64,000 bases of DNA from Obrimoposthia wandeli (taxonomy: Eukaryota). The stretch spans positions 558,001-622,000 of the forward strand of contig CDROCS010002451.1 of assembly GCA_977020255.1 (NCBI GenBank). Direction: 5' to 3'. Below are positions 37,795 to 48,333 of the stretch, piece after piece (position 1 is the first letter of the stretch; every line of letters begins with the position of its first letter). The notes beneath the pieces are model-generated. The model worked only from the letters and a program-made list of their open reading frames with translations. It was not told where the DNA came from and did no database searches. A program made the translations under genes and the position numbers.

Positions 37795-40411
37795 GTATCT
37801 AACAAAGACAGTCACGCATCTATATTGCAAATACTTGCATCTTTATGCAATCAATAGTAACAAGTACTACATTTATTCTTATACATGTATATATATATAT
37901 ATGTGTTAGTGTCTAAAATTAGAAAAAATTAGAAAAATACAAACCAGGGATGGAGAAGAAATTGAGAGGCTCCAATCCATCGTCAGCAATGGCCTTGGTC
38001 CGGAATGCTGTAAATACGTCTGCTAGAAGGTAGACGTCCATCTTCATATAGACCAGCATATAGTCCCAGAGCGATGAGCAGCCGCTCTGAGTCCAGACCA
38101 TCTTCGCCATTTTATATTGTGCTGGCTTGATCTTCTCATCCCACTTTGGCGGTAAGCTGGTGATTGCGCGAAGAGCAGTCTCTGATACTGCCATATCGTA
38201 TGGGAAGATTCCCTTGGCGCTCACCAGATGTTGCGGGAAGACCGAATGTGTAAGAGGAGTCACACCCAGGTTTTCCACAAGTTTTTCAAGTCCGCTGTTC
38301 AAAAATTGAAGGGAATCGATGAAACGTATACAGACTCCTCCAATATACACCATCATAGCCTGGAATTTCTCTGTTGATTGAGGTATAACAGATACATTCC
38401 AGTCAGGAAACTTGCATAGTGCGTGCTTCAATATATGGTGCATGTCATAACCCATAAGATTGTGAAAAATGACGGGAAAAGATCGATTGATTCTCCTTGA
38501 TAAGTTGCATTTCGTATGCGCTGCTCCCAGGTATTCGCCAGTCATGTGATCGTGATCTCGAACTTTGTTTGCGACTTTCTTCTTACACAGATAATAGATT
38601 CTTGCTGCATTGAAACTCAATACCTGTTCCTGTGTGAGTTGTCGCATCTCCTCGATCGCATGCTTCTTGTACCATGGGAGTACAACCTCTTTCGCCAAGT
38701 CCTCTAATTTCTTCAAAAAGGATAACACACAAGATTCTCCGGTAAAGACCGAGTTATCATGTGTATACCCTCTCGTGGCTGCAACGGGAGACATGAGCAT
38801 ACCGGCCGAGATTGGAAGCTGAATCTGATGGTGGATTCCATGCGGCGGTAGCACTGCCTCAAAGTCCGCGTAAACAGCAAAAGGCGGAGAAATCGTTTTT
38901 GAAAAGTCCTTAAACTCAATATGCTTCTCTGTAGGCATTGAATAAAGCGTTGTATGATCTAAATTCATCCTACAGTGTGGAACGTGTTTGGCGTAACTTA
39001 TTGGTCTCCGGAAGCCATGAAGACACTTATGGCACCAAGTACACTGGATGCGATTAGATACACCTCTGTTCCTATAATTAAGCAGCCTATTGAGTTTAGG
39101 AATACCGACATAATGAAAATTATCATTATTTTCTAAAAGGAGAAGATTGATTGGCTTAGCGTCCGGGTTTGTGGTTCTGTAAATGACATCCACATAGGGA
39201 TTTTTGAAGATATCCCCATCTGTTTGCACATTAGAGAACCTATTGAATGTAAATACGTTGATTGAGAGAGATGGATTCTTTCTCTCAAATCGCGGTATAT
39301 TACATAGACGCATCGGCATCTCATTCTCATCAAAAACTAATTGACTCAAAAAGGCATCATATTGATTAACCCGATGAGGATTAGAGCGAAATACTTTGCG
39401 GAAAAGTACAGATAAGATACTGTAAAGGAATCAAAAAGCGTTTGAGTTCTGCACATTGATAACGCAATGTGAGAGTGCTAACTCAGATGGAGTAGGTATA
39501 TAACTACTTCCCTGGAGATAGTTCATTGTCGTTGTTTTAGTCACAACAAACGAAATCTCCAGGAAGCGGTTCACTACCCAATTACTGCTACTTTGAGAAT
39601 AATTCTCAATCTTCTTGTTGATCCCATCTACTCCCGCATCTATAAACCCCTCATCTATGGGGAGCCCTCTATTGGAAAAATTCCAAGCGCGTATTTCTCC
39701 AATATTGGAAAATTCAACACGCACCCCGAATTGAACCTTGCAAGTCGCAAACTTGCTGACTGTGTCCCTTAAGCTAGTCAAAAGGGATACAGGAACTTGT
39801 AAATCGATGAGATTGTCATTAGAAACATCTAATGACAATGTCTCAATCGTGCCCCGAAGACTAGTATTACGCTTAACAGCATCAACCCTGGAAAACTTCG
39901 CAACAGAGCTACCTGAAGTGGACATAACACTTCTCTTGCGGGTAGATGCTGGTAACGGCGCGGGGATCATACCAACTGGAGGAGGCATAACTGGAACCAT
40001 TGATGCAACAGATGGTGGCGAAGCAACTGGACTAGTAACTGGAACAGCAGCAATTGGGGCAGATACTGGAACAGTAGTAGAAATTGGGGCAGCAATTGGC
40101 GAAGCAGCAACAACTGGACCAGCAACACGAGAAATAGTAGCAGATCTATTCTGAAAGATGGCCTTCTTGCCACGTTGCTGGAAATGACGAAGATGGACAC
40201 AATGACGCGCCACAAACTCCGACCAATCAATCTCCTCCGCGGAGAGACATACTGGACATACGTAGAATTGTTGTCCGTTGAACTTCTGTCCAAAGTAGCT
40301 CTTCATTTTTCCGTCACATTCCTTGTGACTCTCCTCGAAGCATAATTCTTTGTTCATATTGCAATTCTAGAAAGAAAGAAATTAGCAGAAAAATAACAAT
40401 AAACTTACCAT
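36046..40411 (-). pseudogene. pPolB, complement join(36046..37464,37945..40366,40409..40411), disrupted
   Basis: Same motifs as copy A, with intact GDTDS. Lesions: in-frame TGA at 39431-39433, -1 G near 37192, and a ~7-nt deletion near 36176. Confidence 0.95.
37524..37916. repeat. Three ~105-bp units plus variable (TA)n inside the PolB intron, homologous to the element's terminal region
   Basis: CTAACAAAGACAGTCACGCATCTATATTGCAAATACTTGCATC... starts at 37524, 37685 and 37798. It matches 35834-35915 directly and 49180-49277 inverted. Confidence 0.92.
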
Positions 40412-40542
40412 TTTCAATTTCGTTTATAATAGGGGATTATTTGTTGATTGATGCTTGCTTATATACTATTTTCGAGCTAGTATTAAGCCAATCAGATTCA
40501 TTCATTATTTAAACCAACCAGATTAATTTAAAACAGAATAGT

Positions 40543-41052
40543 TTACTGACAGATGTCAGTAGTTGAATTTTCATTAATATTTAAATAATCCAAACTAGCT
40601 GCAAAGCATTTCTTGTATGCACAATGCTCGCCATGTTTAATATATGGACAATTGATATTTGATGGATTTAATTGTTTTAATGTTTTCGAGTAATTTATCA
40701 CTCTAAATTCAGGAAAATATTTATTGATTGTCTTTATTTTAGCTCCATTATTTTCATCCAAAACATAGAAAATTGATTTGGATACATCACAACAACGTTT
40801 TATTTCCTCAGTTATTTCTTGTATCTTGAAATAACTATTATCATCAACTAGTTTTAGTCGATGGTAATGCTTAATGAGATATCTATTTATTTTTCTTGAT
40901 TTTCTATTCATCATGTCCCATATGGGTTGCATTTTAAAAACATAATGTTTAGGATAGAAGATTGCATCCACATCCATTATACATAGTTCTTTTATTACAA
41001 ATTCAGTATTATTATCAATAAAAGCTTCAAAATCAATAAAATAAACAGACAT
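40543..41052 (-). CDS. Conserved Polinton protein (169 aa) with DEDD exonuclease-like ExoI motif and C-terminal CxxxxHxxHC
   Basis: MSVYFIDFEAF...FVIKELCIM. Intact ORF, conserved in element A. Confidence 0.8.
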   Translation of the reverse strand: MSVYFIDFEAFIDNNTEFVIKELCIMDVDAIFYPKHYVFKMQPIWDMMNRKSRKINRYLIKHYHRLKLVDDNSYFKIQEITEEIKRCCDVSKSIFYVLDENNGAKIKTINKYFPEFRVINYSKTLKQLNPSNINCPYIKHGEHCAYKKCFAASLDYLNINENSTTDICQ

Positions 41053-41088
41053 TTTTATAGCAATAATTTTATTTGATATTGTTTATAT

Positions 41089-41466
41089 CTATTGTTTATG
41101 CTTTAACCAAAGCAGACAGAGTTGTCCACATGACTGCGTTAAAACATTTTGATAATGTTTCTTACTAAAATGTACTTTCTTTCCAGAGTCAAGTACTGTA
41201 GATACTAATTTAGAAGGGTAATATATCCCAAAGGGGTCAAAAACAAAGATTTCATTTTCTTTAACATGTATTGCAATCCAATGTTCACCACGCAAATTAG
41301 ATGAATGTGTATTGATTACATATCCACCTACTCGAGTCAAAGAGGGGATGTGGTCAAGGCTGTAGACTCCATTGAAACGCGAACCGAGTAGTTTTCTTCC
41401 GCTTTTTGTTATCTCGTCCGAACTAGAATATATATTAATTAATAAATTCAAACTGACTTACTTCAT
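41089..41466 (-). CDS. Adenain-like protease, complement join(41089..41422,41462..41466)
   Basis: ATGAA|GTAAGT, 39-nt intron, CTAG|TTCGGACGAG gives MNSDEIT.... GEHW, FDPFG, YQ and SCGQLC are present. Confidence 0.9.
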
Positions 41467-41497
41467 TTATATATCTTCTTTATTGTTTTCATTCTGT

Positions 41498-42726
41498 TTA
41501 TACTAGTACTGTTCCTCCCTTGGTAATTTGAACCTCAGAATCGAATACTCCATAGATTATAATATTAGTAGGGTGTTCAAGTGCTTTTGAAAACTTGATT
41601 TCTACTTTCAAATTTCCCTGTTTAGGGATTTGAGCTTGATTAATATCGAAATCAGGAGAGAGAAAAAATGTGAACAGTGTATACTTGTCCTTGAAATCAG
41701 TCATTGAAATTCCAATATTAGCATCCTTATCCAAATGACCAAGATTTCTAATTAAAGATTGCACATAAGAAAACACATAATCATCGTTTTCAAAGTCATT
41801 CGTATAAGATTCTTGATAATCAATATTTCGTGTAAGTTTAATTGAACTCACATTCATGTGTCCAAATTGAGAAACCTCATTTTTAGACTCACCTCCATAG
41901 GTAGACGTGTTTTGGAAAGCAATTAAAACAAAGTTTGGAAGTTGCATATCACCAAAAATCTGATCCTTGTAATAAGATAGTGCTCCCGTATCGATAGCGT
42001 GAGAAACAAGATTAGTTTTTCTAATAGGATAACATGCATTTTGCTTCTCCAACCCCATTCGATGTGCAACGAGTACAGATGGTTCCACCTTTACTCGTCG
42101 AACCAGCAGTTTTGCTTCCGTAATCTCAATTGCGGTTTTAATAGTATCAGCGCAAACAACACTAAAACCTACTGGATTTCTCTTCATTCGAATATGTGCA
42201 CTTACACCGGGTAAAAGATACTTTGGTTGCTTAAAGAAATCCAAATGGAGACTCCCACAAAGTGACAATACTTTAGACTTTGCAATCGAAGCAATTCTTC
42301 TTTTTTCATCATTGTCAAACCCAATTGCATCAAGATTAATCAATTTCGTATCATTACCGTAATTCAACAATGTTTCAATCATTGCTTTATGACTGTAACT
42401 AGTATTATTTCCCTCAACTTTCACATTATTGAGACTGAGAATCACATCCTTGAAAAGAGTATGCAACATGTAATTAGCTGATTTGATATCCATACCATCA
42501 TTCAAATCACCTCCACCTTCCTTTGTAACTTTCAATTTAACGAGAAATAAACTATCATTCAAATCAAGATATTGAGTATTGGATCCATTAATATTGAATT
42601 CTAAATCCGGAGAAGATGTCCTGTTAACCGTATTTGTCGGAAAATTTCTTCAAAACTAGCACTATCAACCACAACCTGAGGTATAGGTTTATCGAATATA
42701 CACAATTCAGTTTTAGCACAACTCAT
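41498..42726 (-). CDS. Major capsid protein (double jelly-roll, ~409 aa) with one -1 frameshift in a T-run near 42643
   Basis: Starts MSCAKTELCIFDKP..., typical of Polinton MCPs. Continues YLDLNDS, HTLFKDV, ETLLNY, GSLHLDFFKQPKYLLPGV after restoring one base. Confidence 0.92.
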
Positions 42727-43088
42727 TACTTAAAAATTGTTCCACCTAGTTTCAAACGTTTGTTTATACCCGATGCTTTAGATGTTTTCTTACGTTTATA
42801 ACCACTTCCCTTTTGAGTTTTCTTTTTCAAAAATTCAGCTAGACTTGGTGAAATTTCATTCACCTGATCCAAGGCTGCATCCTTTAGTGTAGGAAGAAAT
42901 TTCTCATCACTTGACAAGTATTTTGATCCAACATTAGCAATAAATTTCCCGAGTCGCTTGAGTAGTGGGAAAGCAAAGCGACCAAAAACCTTCATCCATC
43001 CTGATCCATACTGTTTTCCCGCAAAATAAGGCAAATCACCTCCTTGCATCGGTTTACTATACGCATCGATTATACTTGAATCAATCAT
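42726..43088 (-). CDS. Small basic protein with amphipathic helix (adenovirus pVI-like / membrane-active Polinton core protein)
   Basis: MQGGDLPYFAGKQYGSG followed by WMKVFGRFAFPLLKRLGKFIANVGSKYLSS. Located between penton and MCP. Function inferred. Confidence 0.75.
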   Translation of the reverse strand: MIDSSIIDAYSKPMQGGDLPYFAGKQYGSGWMKVFGRFAFPLLKRLGKFIANVGSKYLSSDEKFLPTLKDAALDQVNEISPSLAEFLKKKTQKGSGYKRKKTSKASGINKRLKLGGTIFK

Positions 43089-44107
43089 AATTTACGAAAA
43101 TGAACCGTTAAACTTGTTTTAGCTCCGTAAGCAAATGTAATTAATCTTCCAGAATCATTACGTATATTAACTTCAATATTGTTTATAGAAGAAGAACTCA
43201 CGGGAATATACATTGGATTTTCAATTGGAATATGTATAACATCACCATACTTGTGCTTTTCCTGTTGAACCCAAATTGCTTTAATTAAGGGAAGTTTCCT
43301 TCCTCCTACGAATATTGGTTCGGTAATACTCGTGTAGATATAAATCTGATTATATGCATTAGTCATTTTAGGAATAATCTTTGCTTTGAAAACCTCATTT
43401 TTATTTTCAATGTCATTTTCATCAAAACCGATAATTGAGGCTAATGATTTATCCATGATGATTTTATCAATATTGGATTTCAATTTGAAATGAATCAATT
43501 TATTAACTAGTTTAAAGTTTTCAAATACATTTGGTAACACTGTTTTAAAATGTTTACACATACTTTTGCTATCGGCAAAAAGAAAATCATTGGGAACTGA
43601 ATATATTTTCCTCTCGCGTTTAACGAATCTGTTTTTTATCTTGAATGTAATTATCGGATACTTGACATGATTATCCATAATTTGTGAAACTGCATGCTTA
43701 CCTTTTTCAACGTTAGGCGGAAATCCATATTGTTCTGCAACAATTTCATCATTAAAAACTATTTCAAAATTATCCCCTTTTCCAATAATTTGAATTCGAT
43801 TCTCTTTATTTAAATAGATTGTGAAATCATCGCCTGACTTAATACGAGCCAAATCCATTTGACCCTTATCAAATAGTAAAGTCACATCAGTTACTTTATC
43901 AGCTTCACGTTGAGTAATATATTCAATCTCAGTTTCACTTTGAATAGATAGAGGAGAGTAATTGAAAGAAAATTCCGTAAGAGCAGCTTCCCAAGCACCA
44001 GGTAAATTGATTGAGCTTTGATAATCAATACTAAAACTATTAGCAGTATTATTCGGTTGAGTTAATGGCGAACCATTACTTGGTAATACAACATACATTG
44101 AGTTCAT
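43085..44107 (-). CDS. Minor capsid protein (penton, single jelly-roll), ~340 aa
   Basis: YVVLPSN...NT.NSF...INLPGAWEAAL N-terminus and IYIYTSITEP...NPMYIPV...IEVNIRNDSG C-terminus. Start placed at the ATG overlapping the integrase stop. Confidence 0.9.
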   Translation of the reverse strand: MNSMYVVLPSNGSPLTQPNNTANSFSIDYQSSINLPGAWEAALTEFSFNYSPLSIQSETEIEYITQREADKVTDVTLLFDKGQMDLARIKSGDDFTIYLNKENRIQIIGKGDNFEIVFNDEIVAEQYGFPPNVEKGKHAVSQIMDNHVKYPIITFKIKNRFVKRERKIYSVPNDFLFADSKSMCKHFKTVLPNVFENFKLVNKLIHFKLKSNIDKIIMDKSLASIIGFDENDIENKNEVFKAKIIPKMTNAYNQIYIYTSITEPIFVGGRKLPLIKAIWVQQEKHKYGDVIHIPIENPMYIPVSSSSINNIEVNIRNDSGRLITFAYGAKTSLTVHFRKL

Positions 44108-45119
44108 TCTATTTGAGAAGCTAATATCCAACTAGGTTCAGTATATCCATGCCACTTAACATGATATTGTTTATGCTTTCCTCTACCTTTTGTCTCTAAA
44201 ATTTCTTGGATTCTATATACATTTGGTTTCTCAGGCAAGACTTGTAATTCCTCATGATAAAATTTACCCGTGATTACATTATTGGTTTCATCCTCAATGA
44301 AATACATTACCGGCATACGTTTATTATCAATTTTAGTTATACGAAATACTTCATCGCTCCAATTCTCTTTGAAATTCTTTATAAAAGGAGTAGTACTAAT
44401 TTGAGAAATACGTACATAATCACCAACTTTATACTTGGGTATCCGCGCAACTTGACTTTGGTTACGGCGTTGCCAAATTTCCATAGCATTCTCATCTGTA
44501 ACATCAACGGGTCTCTTTCGGTCTAATGATGAGTGTTCACTATGATTGTATGCATGTATTATTTGAGGTAAAACAGTAACCCAGGACTTATTTCCCTGCT
44601 TTTCAAACAATCTCTCAATGTTCGATTAAAACGTTCAACTAAAGCGGCTTTATATTGGGAAAATACTGAGTAATGATTAATATTATGTTTTTTCAATAGT
44701 GTTTCAACATGTTTATTATAAAACTCCTTTCCACTATCCGTTTGGAAATTTCTTGGTTTTATTTCTTTAATCAAAAGCTTCATTGCGGTTAAAACATCGA
44801 TACCAGACTTAGACTTTAATGGAATAGCTCGCGCGAATCTGCTAAAGACATCAACACAAGTTAAAATATATCGATATCCGTCGTTAATACTCGCATACGG
44901 AATCATTTCCATCAAATCTGCTTGCCATAAATCATTCGGGCCGCTCGTTTTGTATGATCTCGTTGGGAACCGACGTCTCATTGGTTTGTTTAAGCTGTAA
45001 GCTAATTGATTTCTCAACCACGCCTGAGTTTCCTGCTTTGTCTTCTTTGACTCTTTTGCTAATTTTGAAACCCCTGTGTAACCAACGGGGTGACTTGGAT
45101 CGAACCATATTTTCTCCAT
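44104..45119 (-). pseudogene. Retroviral-like (rve) integrase with C-terminal chromodomain; frameshifted by a short deletion near 44611
   Basis: WFDPSHPVGY, WQADL, FQTDSGKEF and VERFNRTL (D-D-E triad), then the chromodomain-like YRIQEILE...YHVKWHGY...SW. Confidence 0.93.
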
Positions 45120-45216
45120 TGCAGCAAGACGATTTGATTTTTAAATTGAATTTAGGAATAGATGGAAGTGATCCCATACATAAATTCATATTATTGATTC
45201 GAATTTATGTTTATAA

Positions 45217-45636
45217 TCATCGGTTTATTAGTCTACTAGCAAGTGCACCAACTATTGAGCTAATAATTGGTACGCGAAATCCTAAAAATCCACCACTTTG
45301 TTTATAAAGCAACTTACGTTTACCGATTCGTGTTTTGGCATGAAACAAAGCAAGTAGAGGTTTCTTATGCCGATTCAGGTTAGCCTTGACAATTATTTTA
45401 CCAGAAACTATTTTCTGTATCATATTAAGTAAATCATCAATTACAAAAGTAGGGAATGATTTAAGAATAGCTGGGCGGCGAATAGCAGGTGCACGCATGA
45501 GAGAATTGAAATAGGCAATACTCCTAGATTTCTTAACAGTTCTTTTCGATTTTTGAGCAACCATTTTCCTTGCACTTAAAACTGATTTGATCAATTTTTT
45601 AACTTCGGGTTTAACAGTTTCCTTTTTAAAATTCAT
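45217..45636 (-). CDS. Conserved basic Polinton protein (139 aa) ending in KQSGGF plus a hydrophobic helix
   Basis: Lys/Arg-rich, and resembles the widespread Maverick ORF that ends QxGGFL...; located between ATPase and integrase. Confidence 0.75.
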   Translation of the reverse strand: MNFKKETVKPEVKKLIKSVLSARKMVAQKSKRTVKKSRSIAYFNSLMRAPAIRRPAILKSFPTFVIDDLLNMIQKIVSGKIIVKANLNRHKKPLLALFHAKTRIGKRKLLYKQSGGFLGFRVPIISSIVGALASRLINR

Positions 45637-46283
45637 CTTCTCAAAACTGGTTTCTTTGTTTGTTTATAGACGGTTATTCCCGATGGATTGAATACATCAG
45701 TTCTAACTCTAAAGTCATCGGGACAATCTTGAGTAAAATCAATAAAAATGTATCCATGAGGAATAGTAGTTGCATCTTGAAATGAATCAATTAAAAACTT
45801 TCTATTATTCGGGTAAGCTTGTCTTGAAACAAAATCAACAACCGTCTGATCACGTGGATTCTTGAAGAGAACAAGGTAATATACATTTAAATTACGAGTT
45901 CTATGGTTCCCTCCTTGATGAAATAGATTTTGTGTGATGAAAATAACAGTTACTTCCCGATGTCGTGCTATTTTAGTGAATAAATTATTGAAATCACTCT
46001 CTTTATTTGCTTCTTGATATAAATCATCAATAACAATAACATCATGTCGTTGTAATCGCTCAGACCAATTATCATCGAATCCATTAATGACTTTTATATT
46101 TTTGATTTTCTTAAACTCTTTACTGGTTAAATCAGCTTCTCCATCTCCTCCCTGATGCCAGTATATTTTATTAAACTTAAAACTAAAGTATTTATTATTT
46201 TGCAGTAATTTACATACAAAATGTGTTTTCCCACTACCACTAGGACCTACAATCTGAAAAACTGAATTATTTTTTAAGTTCAT
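45633..46283 (-). CDS. A32/FtsK-HerA-like DNA packaging ATPase (216 aa)
   Basis: Walker A GPSGSGKT, Walker B VIVIDDL, ARH...IFITQNLF and RxxxLN. Intact. Confidence 0.95.
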   Translation of the reverse strand: MNLKNNSVFQIVGPSGSGKTHFVCKLLQNNKYFSFKFNKIYWHQGGDGEADLTSKEFKKIKNIKVINGFDDNWSERLQRHDVIVIDDLYQEANKESDFNNLFTKIARHREVTVIFITQNLFHQGGNHRTRNLNVYYLVLFKNPRDQTVVDFVSRQAYPNNRKFLIDSFQDATTIPHGYIFIDFTQDCPDDFRVRTDVFNPSGITVYKQTKKPVLRR

Positions 46284-46330
46284 ATTAAAAATATTAGATT
46301 ATCGGGATAATGTTTATAAGACAAAACTAT

Positions 46331-46609
46331 TTAAAATATTTTATTACGAAACATCCAGCAACAAACAATAAAAAAACTCTTCTCGTAGAAAAAGCTCCTT
46401 TTCTCTTCTTTGTTTGCGAGTTTCTTCTGATTGTATCCCTGAATGAGAAGATTGACTGCCTTGTCGTGCACCATTCTTCTTACGTGCTCCTCCAGGGGTA
46501 GATTTGAGACATCAATGAGTTGCAGGACATCTGGTTCTATGACATTCTTCGAGATGACGCTCTTCACCGCCTTGTCAACATCTTGCTTGAAATAGTTTGG
46601 AGTAGACAT
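46331..46609 (-). CDS. Accessory ORF, 92 aa (MSTPNYFKQD...), unknown, hydrophobic C-terminus
   Basis: ATG at 46609 with a TATA-like TATATAAG upstream. No recognisable domain. Confidence 0.5.
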   Translation of the reverse strand: MSTPNYFKQDVDKAVKSVISKNVIEPDVLQLIDVSNLPLEEHVRRMVHDKAVNLLIQGYNQKKLANKEEKRSFFYEKSFFIVCCWMFRNKIF

Positions 46610-46679
46610 AATGATGATGAAGAAGTAAAAAGTAATCTGCTTATATACTATACATCTGAAATCTGATTGGTTAATAAAT

Positions 46680-46790
46680 ACACTGACTAATAAAGACACT
46701 AAAGACACTGACTAATAAAGACACTGACTAATAAAGACACTGACTAATAAAGACACTGATTAATAAAAACACTGATTAAAGATAAAGACG
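46680..46790. repeat. 16-bp tandem repeat CACTGACTAATAAAGA (about 6 units) between the phosphatase-like gene and the next ORF
   Basis: Directly visible. Confidence 0.9.
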
Positions 46791-46798
46791 AATAAAAT

Positions 46799-47581
46799 TT
46801 ACACATGATAACGATTAAAAATACGTATTTGATGAAGCATAGCTTCATTAGGAGCAGCAATAGTCCGTTTAGCTTTAACAAGATTCGAAGCAGCAGTAAC
46901 ACCAATCGAATGAGATAAAAATGCAATAACAATGCAAGCAGCATGTAAACTACCATAATGACCACATACTAAAATCTTACCACCATTTTCGATAGTTTCT
47001 TTAATTATATTATTAGTCTGTTTATAATACTTCATTATTGTTTCTCCTAATTTTGAGTTTACAAAGACAGAAGTATATTTTAATTTCTTATAATATATTT
47101 TATCCAGTATAGATGTATTGATTACATGAGTGAAATTGGAGTTCAAAAGATTAGTTTCATCAAACCCATCTCGATAATTACCAATATATAATTGATTTAC
47201 TAAAATCTCACTCATCGCTGTTTTGTTTAACTTTTCTACATTATGTTGAGTAAATCTAGCACTAAACAAACTATCAAAAAGATGGGTCATGTGGTTCATT
47301 TCCATACTCAAAGCATGAGCTATTATGGGTTCCATAAAAGCCAAAGCATTTAAAAAATCTATCCGTCTCTTATCTTCAATAATTGGATCTATAATAATTT
47401 CTTCTTCTATCGTCACTTCATCAATAGTTTCTTCTCTTCTTATAACTATTGTTGTTGTTGCTGGTGGTGGTGATGTTACTGATGATGTTGCTGGCAATGA
47501 TGTTGTTGACGATGATATTGCTGGTAGTGATGATGTTGTTGGCGATGATGTTGCTTCTGGTGCTGAATTGATTTTCTCCAT
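46799..47581 (-). CDS. Dual-specificity phosphatase-fold protein with a dead active site (STYX-like pseudophosphatase) and Ser/Thr/Pro-rich then acidic N-terminus
   Basis: SEILVNQLYIGN, FTHVINTS, GGKILVCGHYGSLHAACIVIAFL and VKAKR...PNEAMLHQI align to DUSP hallmarks. HCxxGxSRS is replaced by CGHYGSLHA. Confidence 0.85.
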   Translation of the reverse strand: MEKINSAPEATSSPTTSSLPAISSSTTSLPATSSVTSPPPATTTIVIRREETIDEVTIEEEIIIDPIIEDKRRIDFLNALAFMEPIIAHALSMEMNHMTHLFDSLFSARFTQHNVEKLNKTAMSEILVNQLYIGNYRDGFDETNLLNSNFTHVINTSILDKIYYKKLKYTSVFVNSKLGETIMKYYKQTNNIIKETIENGGKILVCGHYGSLHAACIVIAFLSHSIGVTAASNLVKAKRTIAAPNEAMLHQIRIFNRYHV

Positions 47582-47614
47582 TTTATCAATTCCGAGTCAA
47601 TTTAGTCTTATATA

Positions 47615-47858
47615 TTAAACAAGGTTTGATTTCATTGGAGCATCAGTTTCATCATATGATTTGATTGGAGTATTATTCAACCTTTCCATTGTACTTAACA
47701 TCTCATGTAAATGTAGTTGATGACGTAACCTAAAGAGTTAAATAAACTACATATAAATATTACTCATGATTATTTTTCCTAATTAAAGCATTGAGAATAA
47801 CTGAAGCAAGATCTTTTAATGCATCCTGAACCTCTTTACATTCAATAATTTCATCCAT
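47615..47858 (-). CDS. Predicted spliced accessory ORF, complement join(47615..47729,47764..47858), 69 aa, helical
   Basis: GA|GTAATA, 34-nt intron, TTTAACTCTTTAG|G joins two otherwise separate short frames (MDEIIECKEV...NNHE-LRHQLHL...SNLV). Confidence 0.45.
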
Positions 47859-48019
47859 TTTATGATAAAGCAAATCAAATATTGTTTATAACCTATGAAA
47901 AATCTATTTTTAGACCACAACTATTTGCAACATTACAACGTTTGCAACTATTTGCAAGTAATGACATGTGATGTCTTTGTCTTAGTATAAACAATATTTT
48001 GATAATGATTTTATTGAAA

Positions 48020-48220
48020 ATGGATAATCAAAATAATCAAAATAATGAAAGTAGAGCTAGTACATACATAGGTTCCGATAGTAATTTATATTCTAATATG
48101 AATTATAATAGAAATAATCAGAGAGAAAATATTAATCCATCAAGTCAAACAATAACAAGTCCTACGCGCGTAACCGAAGAACGTGAGCCCTTTAAGGATA
48201 TGACTAATACTAGACGATAA
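48020..48220 (+). CDS. Asn-rich accessory ORF (66 aa), unknown
   Basis: ORF only; low complexity. Confidence 0.3.
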   Translation: MDNQNNQNNESRASTYIGSDSNLYSNMNYNRNNQRENINPSSQTITSPTRVTEEREPFKDMTNTRR

Positions 48221-48333
48221 ACAAGAATGTTAACCAATTGAGACTAATCGATTTTCATAAACAAGAATATCGACCAATTAGAATCGAGCTTTAGAGGATA
48301 AACAATTGAATATTTCAATTTATAATTGTCAAT

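Noticed and set aside
37495-37802. ORFs with (IY)n runs
   Set aside because: They are translations of the (TA)n microsatellite in the PolB intron.
39431-39433. In-frame TGA at a Cys position as possible selenocysteine or readthrough
   Set aside because: Copy A has TGC here, I see no SECIS-like element, and the gene has other lesions; a simple nonsense mutation is more likely.
41320-41335. ATCCACCTACT inside adenain B, matching the mini-element terminus
   Set aside because: A short chance match within coding sequence (RVGG codons) with no further similarity.
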